Shown in pieces: positions 24,719 through 39,700 of a stretch of DNA of 64,000 nt. Numbering within the stretch: position 1 is the first letter of the stretch; each line of letters starts with the position of its first letter. Location of the stretch: NCBI RefSeq assembly GCF_001194135.2, contig NC_068984.1:83890342-83954341 (forward strand), read 5' to 3'. The stretch is from Octopus bimaculoides. Its lineage: Eukaryota. The notes under the pieces are model-generated. The model saw only the letters and a program-made list of their open reading frames with translations, searched no databases and was not told the origin of the DNA. A program made the translations under genes and the position numbers.

Positions 24719-27700
24719 AGACAAAACTTACCTGAACATTAGCAAAATCGACTCGATTTAAATCTGTTAACATTTGATTAATCTGTGATGTGTTTTGAAG
24801 TACAGCACGAGCTGCTTGTGCAAGATGATTTAATGATGTATATCGACGCAGTGTCTGTGCAAAAGCACTTACTGCACCAACCTGCAAGATATATATTAAG
24901 TAAATTAAAATACATTCAAAACCATATTTTGTTGAAATTTGCAACATAAGAAATAAAAAAAAAGAAAACCATTTGTGCCATATTCCTGGCAATGACACGT
25001 TACTTATGGAGTGAAATAATTTTTTTCCCATTTTACTAATGTTAGAACAGGAAGAAGTCATTCAGAGCAGTCAACTATCTCAACCAACCAAATTATAACA
25101 TCTTAACAAAGAATCTGTCCCCACCACCTTTTTGTTTGAGGAAGTTTTCAATTGTATTGCTTTTCCTACCTACAAGAAAGCTATGGGTGTGAATTTATAA
25201 AGGAGTTTCACTGATTTCAACTATATTGATACTTCAGATAACTATGTAAACATCCAATCAGCCTCTGAACATGGTCACACAATATTGGCATGAAAATCAA
25301 CAAATATTACATTACTTTTTACATCTTACTTTTTTAAAGGTCCCTGTCATATTCGATAGTGAGATTCTGGAAGAAGTTGATCAGTATCTTGGAGCTACCT
25401 CCACTGCCACAGGCCAGTGTAAAGACAACATAGAGACCAATAACATGCAAAGTACATTCTGATGTCTCTACAGACAGCTTTGGTCTAAGTTGGAGATCCA
25501 TGTAGTCACAAAAATTTCCACCTATTAAGCACTTATGTACCATCCTACAGTATGCAACAAGATGTGACCAATTTAAGTAGTAGATTTATACTATTTGAAA
25601 TTATTTAACCACTTTTGCTTTGCTGAATTTTCTGTGTTTGTGTTTTGGATTCTATGTCAAATATCCTGGATAAAATATTCTTTGGGTATATTATGCAAGA
25701 AAGGACATGAAAGTGGGTCAAATGAAAACAACAACCACAATCTCAACATACAAAACGTAGCTATAGCTTCAGAAAACTAATGAAAAAAGCTTCTACTTAG
25801 TCATTCAACTTGGTAGAAACAGCAGCTAAGTTTGTTTCAAATCACACCCCACTGTCTCAAAAAAGACTGGTTCCAAGTAGAGCATCATTAATCATGTCTG
25901 GTCAAACAGGGTTGACATAGGGCTAAACAATACTTTTAGAAAAGACTCACTCAATATAGAAATTAAGTAGGAATTTAGTGTTAACATATTTAAAGCAAGG
26001 AACATTAAAAAACTGAACTGAAATAAAACAGCAGGGAAAATCAATATTAGTCAGATTAACATCCTTTTAACGATTTTGATAGATATGAAGGGCAGAAATT
26101 ATACTTTGCTGATGAGGTCATAACAAGATCAAAACTTTTTCAGAATTGTCTTCCATACTTACCAAAATAAAACATTATAAGCCACACTTAATATTGGTTG
26201 TTGTTCACTGAATAATTACTTTAGTTAGTTTTCTAATGTAACTTAATTATTGTTTTTCACAAAGATGGCATCTCTGAGTTATGCTTATATATACAAAGGC
26301 TGGCAGTTCATCTCTTTAGAATGTGCAAACTTTATATATATATACACATATAAATAAAATTATACTTATGTGCCCATCTGTTTTAATTTAATTAAGTTCT
26401 ATGTCTTTGTGCAGCTGAGGATTGCTCTGCATTTAAACTGATGTATTAGTTGCATTGTTCAATTAAATTGAGTTACGTGAAATGATCGTACTGCATTACC
26501 TCTGGATATCCTTGTTGCTTATTTTTATACATGCATATATATATATATATAAATATATATATACCATCATCATCATTTAACATCTGCCTTCCATGCTGGG
26601 ATGGTTTGACAAGAGCTGGGCAGGCAGAAGCCTGCACCAGACTTCTGTGACTGTTTAGACAGGATTTTTACAGCTGGATCTCCTACCCACCACCAACCAC
26701 TCAGCAGATTGGACTTAGTACTTTTTATGTGGCACAAGCACAGGTGAGATCAGTTTTGGCAAGGTTTTTACAGCTGGATACCCTTCTGAACACCAACCAC
26801 TTTACAGTGTGGACTGGGTGGCACCTGCACTGACAGGGTCACCAAGTACTTGCAAGACAAAAAACAAAACAAAATGATATATATATTATCATCCTCAAAC
26901 TCAGAACCATTAAGACATATGAGATCATATTTTATGTTTTTACCTAACTTCAATGCTAGGCAACAAGGCTGATTAATACATATTGGCAAGGTTTAGAGAT
27001 AAGCTAGTTTGGCTACAGCTAAAGGCCTCTTAAAATATTGGGACTTTTTTTTCGTTCATTACAATTTTAGTATAATTTTATATTAAGTAATTATATAACC
27101 TTATTAACAAATTATTAAATAAAAATAATCATTTTCAATATAAGCTTGTTGGCTTTATTATATAATTATCAATTCCTTTTAGATATCATTTTCGTCATTC
27201 TGTGAACAATTGCCGTATAGGTGGTCTTCTATAAGGATCCCACAGCTTGAGACCTCGATCTCTTTAAATCTGGTCCTGAATATACACAAACCTATATAAA
27301 TAATCATACCTTAGTTTTGACCATTTCATCTGGAACACCATGCATTGCACCTTTTAACCAGTTCTCTAAACTTTTAGCAAAATTCCGTATAGCCTGAGTT
27401 AAAGAGCCTGAAAGAAGTTTTGAAAACAAAATTGAGCTTTCAATGTGTACAGTAGATATAATGTATATTTTTATATTATTCTACACATCTTTGTCTTTCT
27501 CACTTTTGCATTCACCCTTTCTAAGGTAACTGTGATACAGCTTCATGGATAAGATGATTGGAGTCAGCAGACATTTCACTGTGTCTCTGGAGAGAGCACA
27601 TACTTATTCTTCATTGATCTAATTTACCTCTCTATCAAAAATAAGTATCAGGTTACCTGAGGATATTATCTGCACAAATTGATATCCTGTTCAGGAGGAA

Positions 27701-30700
27701 ATTAATCTTTCACCAACTTCACACTACAAGGACCACTTCACAGAGCTAAGCTCCAGTTCTTGGAGAATAGAAACATTTATCTTTAATATTTTTAACACTA
27801 GCTTCTGCAGAGGTGTAACTATATGTATTTAGTTACAGGCATACCATTAGCAGAATACCAGTTAAAATTCTCTGCACTATTAAGCTACATAATTTATATT
27901 GAGTTCAAACTCTACTAAGGTTAACTTTGCTTTTCCTCTTTCCTGAGTTGACAACAAATCAAAAATACAGGGATCAATTAAATTGATTGCTAACTTCCCA
28001 ATTTGTGGCATTGTACCTGTGTTAGAAATCATTATCAGAGAAGGTATTTTCTAAACATGGCCATTTACTATTTCTACACCTATATTTTCTGCTATTCGAG
28101 TGGGAATACTGATGTTTAGGTTAGGTAACTAAACTAATATGCTTTGTCAATAGACACTATACAATAACTGTAGCAAGTAGAGTATTGTACCTAGCTGACA
28201 GACACTACACAATAATTGTGGGAAGTTAGGAATTAACTGCTAAGATTATGATTTAATGTACCAATTTGGGATGGAAAAACTGCAACAGGCAGGTCATATA
28301 TGTTTTGCTTAACAAGCAGCTACATTTCCTACTGATTATACTGTACAGCGTACAAGAATCCATTTTATCAAATCAGGTACTACAAATTGCCTCTGCAGTT
28401 TTATTTTATTCCAACAAGATTATTTGTCAGAAAATTAGTGCTAATGAGATATGCTCATTTACTAATGTCCAATATTTAAAAAAACAATTTCAAGTCACTA
28501 ATTTGAGAATTCGGAAAGGCAGGTTAATCAGTAATATGATTGATGCCTAATATATTATACACGCATGTGCACCGCTAAATAAGCAGCTAAGCAAAACTTA
28601 ATTTCACTCTACCCTCAATAATGAGATCTTGAATTGGTAAATGTTCCATTGTTATTCTTAAATTAGCTTTAAAATAATAAACTCAATTTAACATTTACAC
28701 GCACACAACTGGATAAATGAAATATACTCAGTCCAAGTCCTATCAACAGGCCTGTTGCTCTTTTCTGTACTTATAATGTTTAATATGAACTGCAATAAGG
28801 TTTGAGTTTAAGACTACATGGTCAATAGTATAGCATCTAACTTCAGTCACAGTTATACCATATCAGTAAAATTCAGACCAAATATCTAGTCAGTATGTTT
28901 TTTATCTTTTATCTTTTTTGTTTCAAATATATGAACGTAAGATCAATTACTTTCCTATTGATCCTCTTTATTTCATTCATCAAAAATGGCAAAGAATTAA
29001 TTTCTTAATAAAAGGTGACTGAAACAAATGAGAGTTATAGATCCTTTGTATATAAGAGTACAAACTGATACTTCCTGGAAAGCAATGGCTCAGGAACTTA
29101 CCTATTTAGCCATTCAATATGTAATAATACACTTTTACTTGTCTCTGTCATTAGACAGCAGTCATGCTGGGACACTGCCTTGCAGAATTTTTTTTATATA
29201 GCCTGATACTTATTCTATCAGTGTATTTTTGCCAAACTGCTAAGTTACAGGGATGTAAACACACCAGCACCGGTTGTCAAGCGGTGGTGGGGAACAAACA
29301 CACACACATAACAGGCTTCTTTCAGTTTCTATCAACCAAATCTACTCAAGACTTTGGTCAGCCTGAGGCTATAGTAGAAGACACTTGCCCAAGGTGCCAT
29401 GCAGAGGGACTGAACATGGAACCTTGTGGTTAGGAAGCAACCATACAGGTTGTAGGAAAGTTTGCTGCAAGACAAAAGATGAATTGCTTCCCTTGGTATA
29501 TAATTGTTTCAACCAGCAAGAAGGGGTAAAGCAATTTCTAAACTCGTTTAAAATTTTCGCTACACAAAAAGATTTTGTCGAATGAATAAAGAAATTTTAA
29601 ATGAGTTAAGCAATTGTTTTACCCCTTCTTATTGTTGAAACAATTATATATCAAGGGGAGCAATTCATCTTTTGCCTTGCGGTAAACATTCCTACAACCA
29701 AAAATCCTGAGGTGAATTTTCCTGCAGCAAACTTTCCGGATATGCTTCTTACCACACAGCCACGCCTGCAACTATGTTTAAAGCAGTTAGTATACATATA
29801 GTAATTAATAGACAGCGAGTGAAAAATATTTTGTCAGTACTTACTGGGTATCGGTCGAAGAACATCAGGTATTAGAACTTCAACAAGAGCTTGATAAAAT
29901 GCGTAATCAGATCTTTGGACATACTTCTGCAAAGGTTCATATTTACACATAGTGTACAGTTTATCTTTGGGAAGCCTTTTCTCATAATTATTGTCAGTGC
30001 TGTGTAATGAAAAGAGAAAATTGAATTTAAAGAAACAAATTCAGTCACTACTATTTATTACTTGGTTACACAGGCTGAAGGCTTTAAATTTATAATACAA
30101 AAGAAATGAAAAGTTATGAAGGTTTATGTATTTCTCAAGGGCACAAATTATATAAGTAAAATAGGAAAATTAGAAATCAAAATTGGGTTTAGATATGGAT
30201 TACTGGGAGTTTAACCTGAGCACTTCTCCAGCATTCTATTTTTATACACGGTAACTTATAAGCATTACAAGATTAAATTCAAAATACGAACTTTATTTAC
30301 AAAATAAAGTGTATCTTTTCCTTCTAGAATTCATTAAAATTCTCAATGGTACATTCACCTATTCTTTTGCATGTTCTCTCTCACTAGTTTATTTTTCTTT
30401 TAATTTACCTACCTAATTCTTCCTTATGCTGTCCCTTGTTATTTTCACAAATAAAAGAGGAGTAAAATCAGGATTGCCTCTAGCATAAGGGACAACTTTT
30501 CCACCTTTCTTCATTCTCAGACAAATGGCAAGGCCTGAAAACTCTACACCCTTCGTGGCATATTCATTCTGTCTATTGCAAACTTTCTTAAAGGAAATCA
30601 TAATAGATTCTGAACCCAGCACTTCTTAGTGTTCAATTTATAGAACTTAGCAGGTAAGAGAAATAAAAGTTGCTGTAAGTAGAATGAAGGGCAATGAGAA

Positions 30701-33700
30701 TCATGTATCTCAGTCAGCTAACTGCAATCATCACATGACACTAGAAGTTAAATAGTCAGGCTGAATGTTTTAAGGTATTTAGATTTTCTGTTTCAAGTTT
30801 CTGTGTTTAGATCACACCCAAATTTCTTAGAAAAATAGGCACTTGCAATACACTACACAAAATCGAATCTGACAGGCAAGGATTAAAAGATTAAAACAAA
30901 GCTACCTTTGCTGCTGTTCTAGTGTTTGGTTTCTCCAGAAACCCTGCCACAGAGCTTCTATCAAGGAAAACTGTAAATTCACTACTGCATCCACAATAGC
31001 CTGAAATAAAAAAGGAATATCTGTAAAATGTATATAGACAGAAACTACATCACAAACCATCAGATTTACACATGGGACCAATACTGAATCTTCTGAGATA
31101 GTTTGATCAGATAGAAAGCAGTGAGATCTCCACTGTCATCTTAAAAAAGGGTTAGATACCACTTTTGATCATATAGGCATGATATATCAGAGCTGACCTG
31201 AGGCTAAACAACTAAGATAATCTTTGGATGAACTTCCTTAGACAGAATAGATGAGCTAATAACTTTAGAAACTACAAGTTTTGTGACTGAAAATTAAAAG
31301 GCTGGTCCATTAGTCACCAGTTCAAATCTAGATAAACAGCTCAGCTCACTCTGGTGAATATGTAATAAAATTTGCTTCTACCTATGTGGTTTCAAGTTTC
31401 ACTTCATAGTATGATACTTTTGGTAACTGTCTTCTACCATAACTTCAGGTTGGCTAATACCTTAACCCTTTAGTATTCAAACTGGCCCTATCCGGCCCAA
31501 ATATTCAACCTGTTTTATGTTCAAACTGGCCAGATCCAGCCTCTCACACCTACCCTATGACGTTCTAAAAGTAAATAACTACATTAATGAAATCTCATAG
31601 CTATGAGATAATGCATAATTAATTCAAAGTAATATCAATAAATAGGCATTATATTTGACAGAGGAATCCGAATGCCAAAGGGTTAAGCAAATTGGTAGTG
31701 AGAAACTGACAGATGCTCACTGTGTAAATGTATAAGTTTATATCAGTCATCCATGTTTGCTTGAGTTGGATGGCTCATCTCTGACACATTTCACTATTTG
31801 TCGCAGTCTACTCACATCTCCTTTGTGAGGTTCAACCTCCTGAGATTAACTTCCACTACTTCTCAAGTCTCTTTTGGTCTTTACTACCACATGTTCACAG
31901 CAACTCAGTCTTCTCCTTTGCAAATAACTATAGCTAGATTTTTGCTTTCTTTCTTCAGCTAAGGAACAAATTTCAATTGATGCATATGTAATAACTTTAC
32001 TCTAGTACAAGTCAGTCAATTTTAAAAGAAGCAAAATCATCTAATTTCTCTTATATCCAGTTATTCTCTGGGCTCATTGTATTCCATCAGTCAACCATAC
32101 TAACATTACACACCAAGTAGAGTATGCTAATCTCATTTCTTTCAAACCTTCACACCCCTCTGTATTCAAGGCCCATGTTTTGTTACCATGCAACAACACA
32201 CTTTGTTTGAAGCGTTCACAATTGGTAAGTTGGCACAAAAAATATCTCATGAACTATCTGTGAGAATAAGTTTTAAAAATTAAACATTTGCTGAGTTCAA
32301 TTTTTGCCAGCATGAAGGAATGCATGTGTACAGAACACTACTCAGAATGATATAATATGATGTTAATCTATATGAATTAGATACTCATGCAATCATGCAT
32401 TTATTATTATTTATATGAAATCACTTAGGTTCTCTGTTCAAATCTCACCAGTGTCAAACTTGTTATTCGTAAATCCTTTACAATACTTAAAATATGCAAC
32501 AGAAATATATTGAACTCAATATTCCCTATAACTTCTTGCTGTGGGTGAGAGTAGAAATACACTTGTATGCATCAATGTGAGTAAACATCTTCAATTAAAA
32601 ATTTTTTGATTTCATCTTGAAAACCTTATGTGTGCTTGTGCACGAGCACAAAGCTTTGAGGGAACACTAACTAGGCTTAATTCTATCAATAACATCCTGA
32701 ACCAATATAGCTCCATGCCTGGAAAATAGAAATTAGTGAGTATTTGTTAATAGATAAAAGTATTTTTTCTTCGTAGGACCATGTGTAGCCCTATATCAGT
32801 TCTGAGCAAACAGAATCTATGATAAGAAGGTAGTTGCTAAGCTTTAATTTTTAGATACATCCATACAAATTAGTAGTGCAAATAAAATTCTTTTAACAAG
32901 AAGCTAAGTCCAATATTATTTCTGTTAAATCTATCCTCCATTTATTTTTTTACTGTTTTACTGGGACAAGTCACCTGACTGTGTAGTCATGCTAGGGTGA
33001 CACCATCAATGCTTTCAGTTTTTGTTTAGTATATGATATTTGGTGAGTGAGTAAATTGTTAATATCATGTGTTTCTATGTTGTACATTTCATATTAGCGT
33101 TTGAGAAAAAAAAAATTCAGATAATTTAGGACAAGGGGTGATGCACTGAACAACATTCACAAACATCTTTTCAATTAAAGCAAATTTCCCTCTTGAATGG
33201 AAAAAGAAAGAAAAAAAAAACTAGCAGCAATTGTTTGGAACGGTTAACGAAGAGGGGAGATAATTTCAAGAATTTAGAATCAATTTTGCAAAATTAATTT
33301 TCATGAGAATTGCTAACAACTGACTATAGCTAGTTTTTTCCTTTCTTTTCCTGCTAAGAAAACAAATTTTAATTAATTTAAACGAAGCGAAATAATCTCC
33401 TCTGGTTGAGAATATAAAACACCAATGTACTTTCACAACTACTATAACTTTTACAGAAACATAATGGGTGCAGGGATTGATGAAGTTGAGAAGTTTGCAT
33501 CCCAAACACATAGTTTTGGGTTAAGACCCACTGTATGGCAATTAGGGCAAGTGCCCTCAATGCAGCTCTGGATCAATCAAAATCTTGTAAGTAGATTACA
33601 GTCAGAAACTGAGAGAAGCCCATTTTTGCGCACGTGTGCGTGTATGTATGTATGCGTGTGTTTACTTGTAGTAACAACAACAAGTGTATCGAAAATTATT

Positions 33701-36700
33701 CAGTTATTGTGACTATCTTTAAAATCAAAAAATTTACCTCAGCGTGTTCTCTGTAAATTTTTTCAAAAGTTCTTATATGGTCCATCATAATGCCATCGTG
33801 CAATGGCATGACTGACGTGTCAACTTCAACAAAGTTGGGAATTGCTCCAGAGGCATCCCCAAGAAACTGCTGGTGATGTTGCTGTTGGGTCTGTGAACTA
33901 TCCTGATGACCACTGTTATAATGGCTGTACATACCATCATTCTCTTCCACTTTATTGTTGGCAAACCGCATCCTGGGAAAACAAAGGAAAATGTTTAATA
34001 AAGAAAAACACCCTCCCCACACAAACACAAAATTAGTTACTTTGACTGAATTGAAGAGAAAACAAGAAAATTTGTAATGTTCACAACAGCAGGAATGATA
34101 AAAATGAAATAGTTGCAGCTAGGAATCAAAACTTGATGTGTCACACATAATACCTAAATTTATGTAAGAGAGCATACTGAAAGTTGCAATGCTATGGCAT
34201 AGGAATGTACATGAAACATTAAGTATATCTTAGTTATTGTATAATAAGAACTCAAATCCTAAGGGAACAATAATTTTGAACAAAGCACAAGAGCCTTTTT
34301 TTATTCAGTTGATTATTAACAATAAAGGATGCCATGGAGGTATCCAGTCTATCACTGTAAAGAGGATTACATTGCATTAAGTGATTCTCAGTTTGTGAAT
34401 ACCACGCTAAAATCATCTCATTTTCTACCAGAAAGAAGAGATGAATACCACAAATATTCATATTTTAATATGTGTATCAAGGGAAAAATAATACAATAAC
34501 AATGAATTAAATGTAGCATTATCTAAGATTTGGTAAAAATGCCGTCCCAATAGTTGGTTAATTGAAACAACAAATCAAATCACTAATGCTAAATAGAATA
34601 ATTGTTGAGCAATCATATATTTTTATAACAATATACTGCCAAAAGGCCACCATTTCTAGCAGTTTGAGTGACAGCCTATAGGATCACAAGTTTACTGTAC
34701 TTTAGATGGATTTAGGGAGTTGGTAATATGGGACTGGGGTTTCTCTAGTAAGCCAGTAAGAGAAGGGTTAAAAGAAGAAGTTTACTCACTTTTTACCATG
34801 ATATATTGGCTGTTGTCGGAGGGCCATTGTTTGCTCATCAGTGAACTGGTTGAGAGGAGAGTTGGCCTTGATGCGGATACCATAATAATGGTACTTGGAG
34901 TTACCACTTTAAAGAAATATCATAAATAAAATATTAAGATTATATATATATAAGTAAATTTATTCAGCATTAATGAATACAGTATTTCACTTCAGACTTT
35001 GTTAAACATTATGGAATTAAAAGAACTCAAAGCATGAAACTCACTTCCAGCCTATGTTTCAGAGGAAACCTATAACTTAAACATTAACGGCACCAACCTT
35101 ATCCACTCTCCCTATCCTCTTAACCCTAAGGGCATTTTTGTACCCTTTCTCAAACTAACAAAAATATAAAGACTAGAATATTATATAATTTAGTGTTTTT
35201 TTTTTCCAAATCACCTGTTGAGAAGAATCAATTAGATTTAATTTTCCAGACCAAATGAGTTTTCCACCAAAGACACCAGTGTAATTACAAGTACCTTCTT
35301 TTATGAATTAAAGAATGCTAAAGGGTCATAGAGCTTTTCATAATACTGACATTTTTTCCTTATGAAGCCCACTTCACATTCAGTTAAATGTTGTTCAGCT
35401 AAACACATTTCTTCATCTTCAATGTACATTTGCAAGGTCAACAAAAGTGCATGGTTCTTGTATTAGAGTGTATTGCAACAACTGTTCTACACTTCTCTGT
35501 GCTTTGTCACATGGACTCTACCAAATCCAATTCTCAGTCATTTCACTTTCCCCAGTTTGCATTCACAATTTCAAGTGAACACAAATAGTGCTCACTAGCT
35601 ACTATCTCTATTTGTTGTTGAGGGTGGAAAACTGTTGTTTCCTTCTTCCCACAGAGTTGTTATTACCTTGTTTGCTATAGTGTTTGTTAACCTAGAAGGA
35701 AGTGGCACATTTAAGAAATCTTTTCCAAGACTTCAGATAACTCTGAACTGGTGCTTATTTGAATACAGACAGCCGTTTATTTATTTGATGCTGTAGACAT
35801 TCTCTCAAACTGGTTTCTAACCTACTGACTAGTAGGGCTATGCATGCAAGAATCTGGAGGTTGCTGGTATTTGTTAGTCTAATGCAGCCTGTGATCAATC
35901 AACAAGATATGCCAACAGCTGGATCTAACTTTTTAGTATAGATTGAATTTTTTCCATACTTGGTTCATGTACTTAACTATGGCATAACACAGAACCAGGG
36001 CAGCTGAATACAAAGTCTGAAGATTTGCATCAGATCTTATATTTGCAAACTTGCTGAGAATATGTCACCCACATTTGCCTCTTTTCTGGATCTGGGTCAA
36101 GGGCGACACCTAATTACAGTGAATATTTACAGTGCTTTCAATGGGTGTCTACAATGGATATTTCACATCAAGTTAATTGCAGTTAGTACATGGTGTTAGC
36201 TGATCAACGTGTTTGCTTTTCCTCTACTACTGAGAAATCTGTATCATGTGCAGTAGCATCCAGATCACGAGCATACAAAAGTTAGTGCAAGTGATTATTT
36301 TCTGGCTGATTACTGGTATAGATATTGAAAAGCAAGAGAGCAAGCACATTCCCTTAAAGTAGACCATTCTTCAACCTATGCTGGAGAGAGTCATATGCTG
36401 CAGGTCACACAAATTACCATTTCTTTTTCAAAACTATCCTCAAATATGCTCCTATATTTTACATTCATACTCAAATAGGAATACCACAAAATAATCATAG
36501 CTAAATCTCAATAAAATTTCTGACATGTTATCATATACCAACTGAGTCCACTTTGGTTACCTTTATTCCAATAAACAATGGAATTTCTAAACACACATGA
36601 TCTGGAGAGAAAACTATGCAAAGTCTCCTCACTGCTATACTGCAAACTACGTAAGGCTTGAAACAAATGGACAAATGGCATATTTGGTGTATTGCTCTTG

Positions 36701-39700
36701 TGGAGTACCTTTCTAATGTTTCACTAACTTACTTGTGGGTTAGATTTAAACAAAAAACACTCAGCAACTGACCCAACAAATACTTAATATACAAGACTCT
36801 CTCTCTCTCTCTCTAGCACATGCACAGTCATAAAGCTGAAGCCTGATTGATCAATATATTTAACTCATATCCATGAAAATAAAATGATTCTTGTTAAAAG
36901 AAAGGAATTCTGTCTTTTGGAATGATTTCTAAAAAAATTTTTAAAAGACACAATTCTGTATACAATCAAGATAAAGGACTCACCGTGTTCCTAAGCGTCT
37001 AGTTCTCAAGCCAATGAAGACAGAACGTATTAATTTGCCAAAGGAGGCTGGATTCATGGGGTCCAAGTTTTGTTCCTGACAGTGGCGCAAATAATGATTG
37101 TATAAAGTACTCCGAGGTAGACTAACACCTTCAGCAGTCTCATAGTTGTCTAGGAGCCACTGTACCTGCATAAGTACAATAGGTTTAATCTATTATCAAC
37201 GAACAGACAAATTGTAAAGATAATTGTATTTCACAAAAATAGCTATGATAAATATCACATATTTTACACAGTACAGATTATAGAGCAACCAACCAAACCT
37301 ATTCTCATACGAAAACTCAACTCTTTCCAAATCTACACTTAATGCAAACACATGCAAATTTGGAAAGTCTTTTTATCCTAATCCTGAAAATTTAATCACT
37401 TTGTAAATGACAGATATTGGAAATAGAGAAAATAACCTGTGGAGCAGAAGATAGGAGAAGCATGGAAAAAAAAAAAAAAATCCCAGAAAAATTTAGTATG
37501 ACATACCAAGAAATGTGCAGGTGCTCTTCCTAAGACATATAGGGAAAGTGAGAAAGCAGACCTTAGAAATCAAACGGAATACTAACAGCAAAACTTACTG
37601 TGGCTGGGGATGCTCTCGTAGTGTGACTGAGGGGAGCCCCTTCACCATCCATCGTACTACTCTGAATGACATAGGTGCCTGCATGTTGAGTTATGATTTG
37701 CCCTTGGATACTCTGGACATGGGCAATATTCGTGGCCATCTAGGAAAATAGAAAATGTCATTGATATGGATGATCAGTAATGAAAACTGAAGTTGTTTCC
37801 TTTTTCTTTATTAAAGAATGTTCATTTCTTAAAATGAAATACAATGAAAAACACAGAACATCAAAATGTAACTACAGAGGAAAACAAAATATCTTGGCAG
37901 ATATGGTTACTGAGTAACTTAAGTTGACAGGTTGTAGGAATTGTAGTGTGGTTAAGAAGTTTGTTTCATAACCACACAGATTGGAGTTTGATGCCTTTCA
38001 GCATCTTCTAATGCATTTGATATCAGTGCCTGTAAACAGAACACTTACTCTACTTGAATCACTCTATCATTGCTAGGTGTTTAGTATTTCTTTAAAAAAT
38101 CAATTTGTATTACTTGTATATCAACATGAAAATGTTTAGATGAAGTCTGAAAAGTCTTCATTAATCCTACTGGAAATGAGTTTTATAACAAAGAGAGGAA
38201 ATATTAATAGCTGATTTTCACACATGCACACAAATGACATCTTTATAAAATAATGAGGAAGCTAAACCCTCTCAAATGATGCCCTGGAGTCTTAAAAAAG
38301 AAAGGACATTTTGGATAATGTAATGAAATGCTTTTGATCTTTAGAATACTAAATCAAGTCTGACCTGGCATTAAACAATATTTTTCAGAATTTTGATCAA
38401 GAAATGCAGTGTTTGAGTGATAGTGAGCCTGAACTACTACTCATAAAACCCATACGTTTGAACTATGCTACAGGCATCTTGTGTTGTAACTAGAACCAAA
38501 TAACCACTTCCATTTCATTTGAGTAACTGGTTATTTTGGTACAGAGTGCTAATCTATATGAAAAGCCAGGAAAACTCTGTTTTCCTTATTATTTTTTTTT
38601 CGTGTTTTAAATATCACACTAATGACTATTTAATAGTCTAGAAGATTCACTAGTTAGTGAGTTCTTCATTTGAATGAAAACTGAGTAGAACAGTGTGAAA
38701 GAGAAAATACTGTGATATAATATAACAGTTAAAGGACTAGTCTTCATCTATATAATAACATACACACAAACGCTATAATGTCAAATAAACTTTCTTGTAG
38801 TATACTAGAGGTTAAGAAGTTAGCTTCTTAACCATGTGGTTTCAGGTTCAGCCACACTTTGTGGTACTTTGGGCAAATGTTTTCTACTATTAACCTCAGG
38901 ACAACTAAAGTTTTGTGAGTAGATTTGGCATACAGAAACTGAAAGAAGTCAGATGTGCATATATATATATATATATTATGTGATGATTGTAAACAAGTAG
39001 TACTATCATACAAGCTATATTACTAATTTCCAATCTTCTGAAAAAAAAAAAAGTCTGGCCAAGAGCAAAATATTACCTTGCTTTGGAAACAGATTGGAGG
39101 GGGTGGGGGTCATAGAAAATCTACTTCAACAAACTGCCTGACTAATGCAAGCATAGAAAAGTAGACATTAACTTTACCAAAACTATATGATAGAATACCA
39201 TGTGTCTCAATTAAATGAGAATGGTTTTATATAGAAATAATGTACCAATTTATTTTCTTTTGTACTTTACTGATATGTAATAAAAAAAAATCCAAACTGT
39301 TTAACCAATCTCCTCTCTCTGGGAATCAATTCCAATCTTTGGAAAATTGATATATTGTCTCATTCAAGAAAGGTAACCTCTTTTACTTCTCAAAAGCAAT
39401 GGAGATAGTCATGAACAACCACCTTCTCCAACATACTGAAACCGTCTTCTTTCTCAAAGATTATCAGGGACCTGATCTCCCATTGTTACTTACCAGTAAA
39501 TTTTTGTACTTAAAATAATGCTGTGCTTAATATTGACAAAGTATTCTCATGCATAAATTGCCTGCCTGTGGACTCTATCCATCTCTTGGATCACTTCTAT
39601 CAGATATCTCAAATTTTAACACAGCAAAAATTGTACCCCAAAGAATGGCTTTTCTCTTTAGAGCCGTATAATATTTTAGCTCTCAACAACTGGTCTTTTT

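Noticed and set aside
35330-36420. Higher-complexity intronic stretch suggesting a decayed coding element (similarly 42200-42900)
   Set aside because: No recognisable motif in any frame by eye; needs a translated HMM search.
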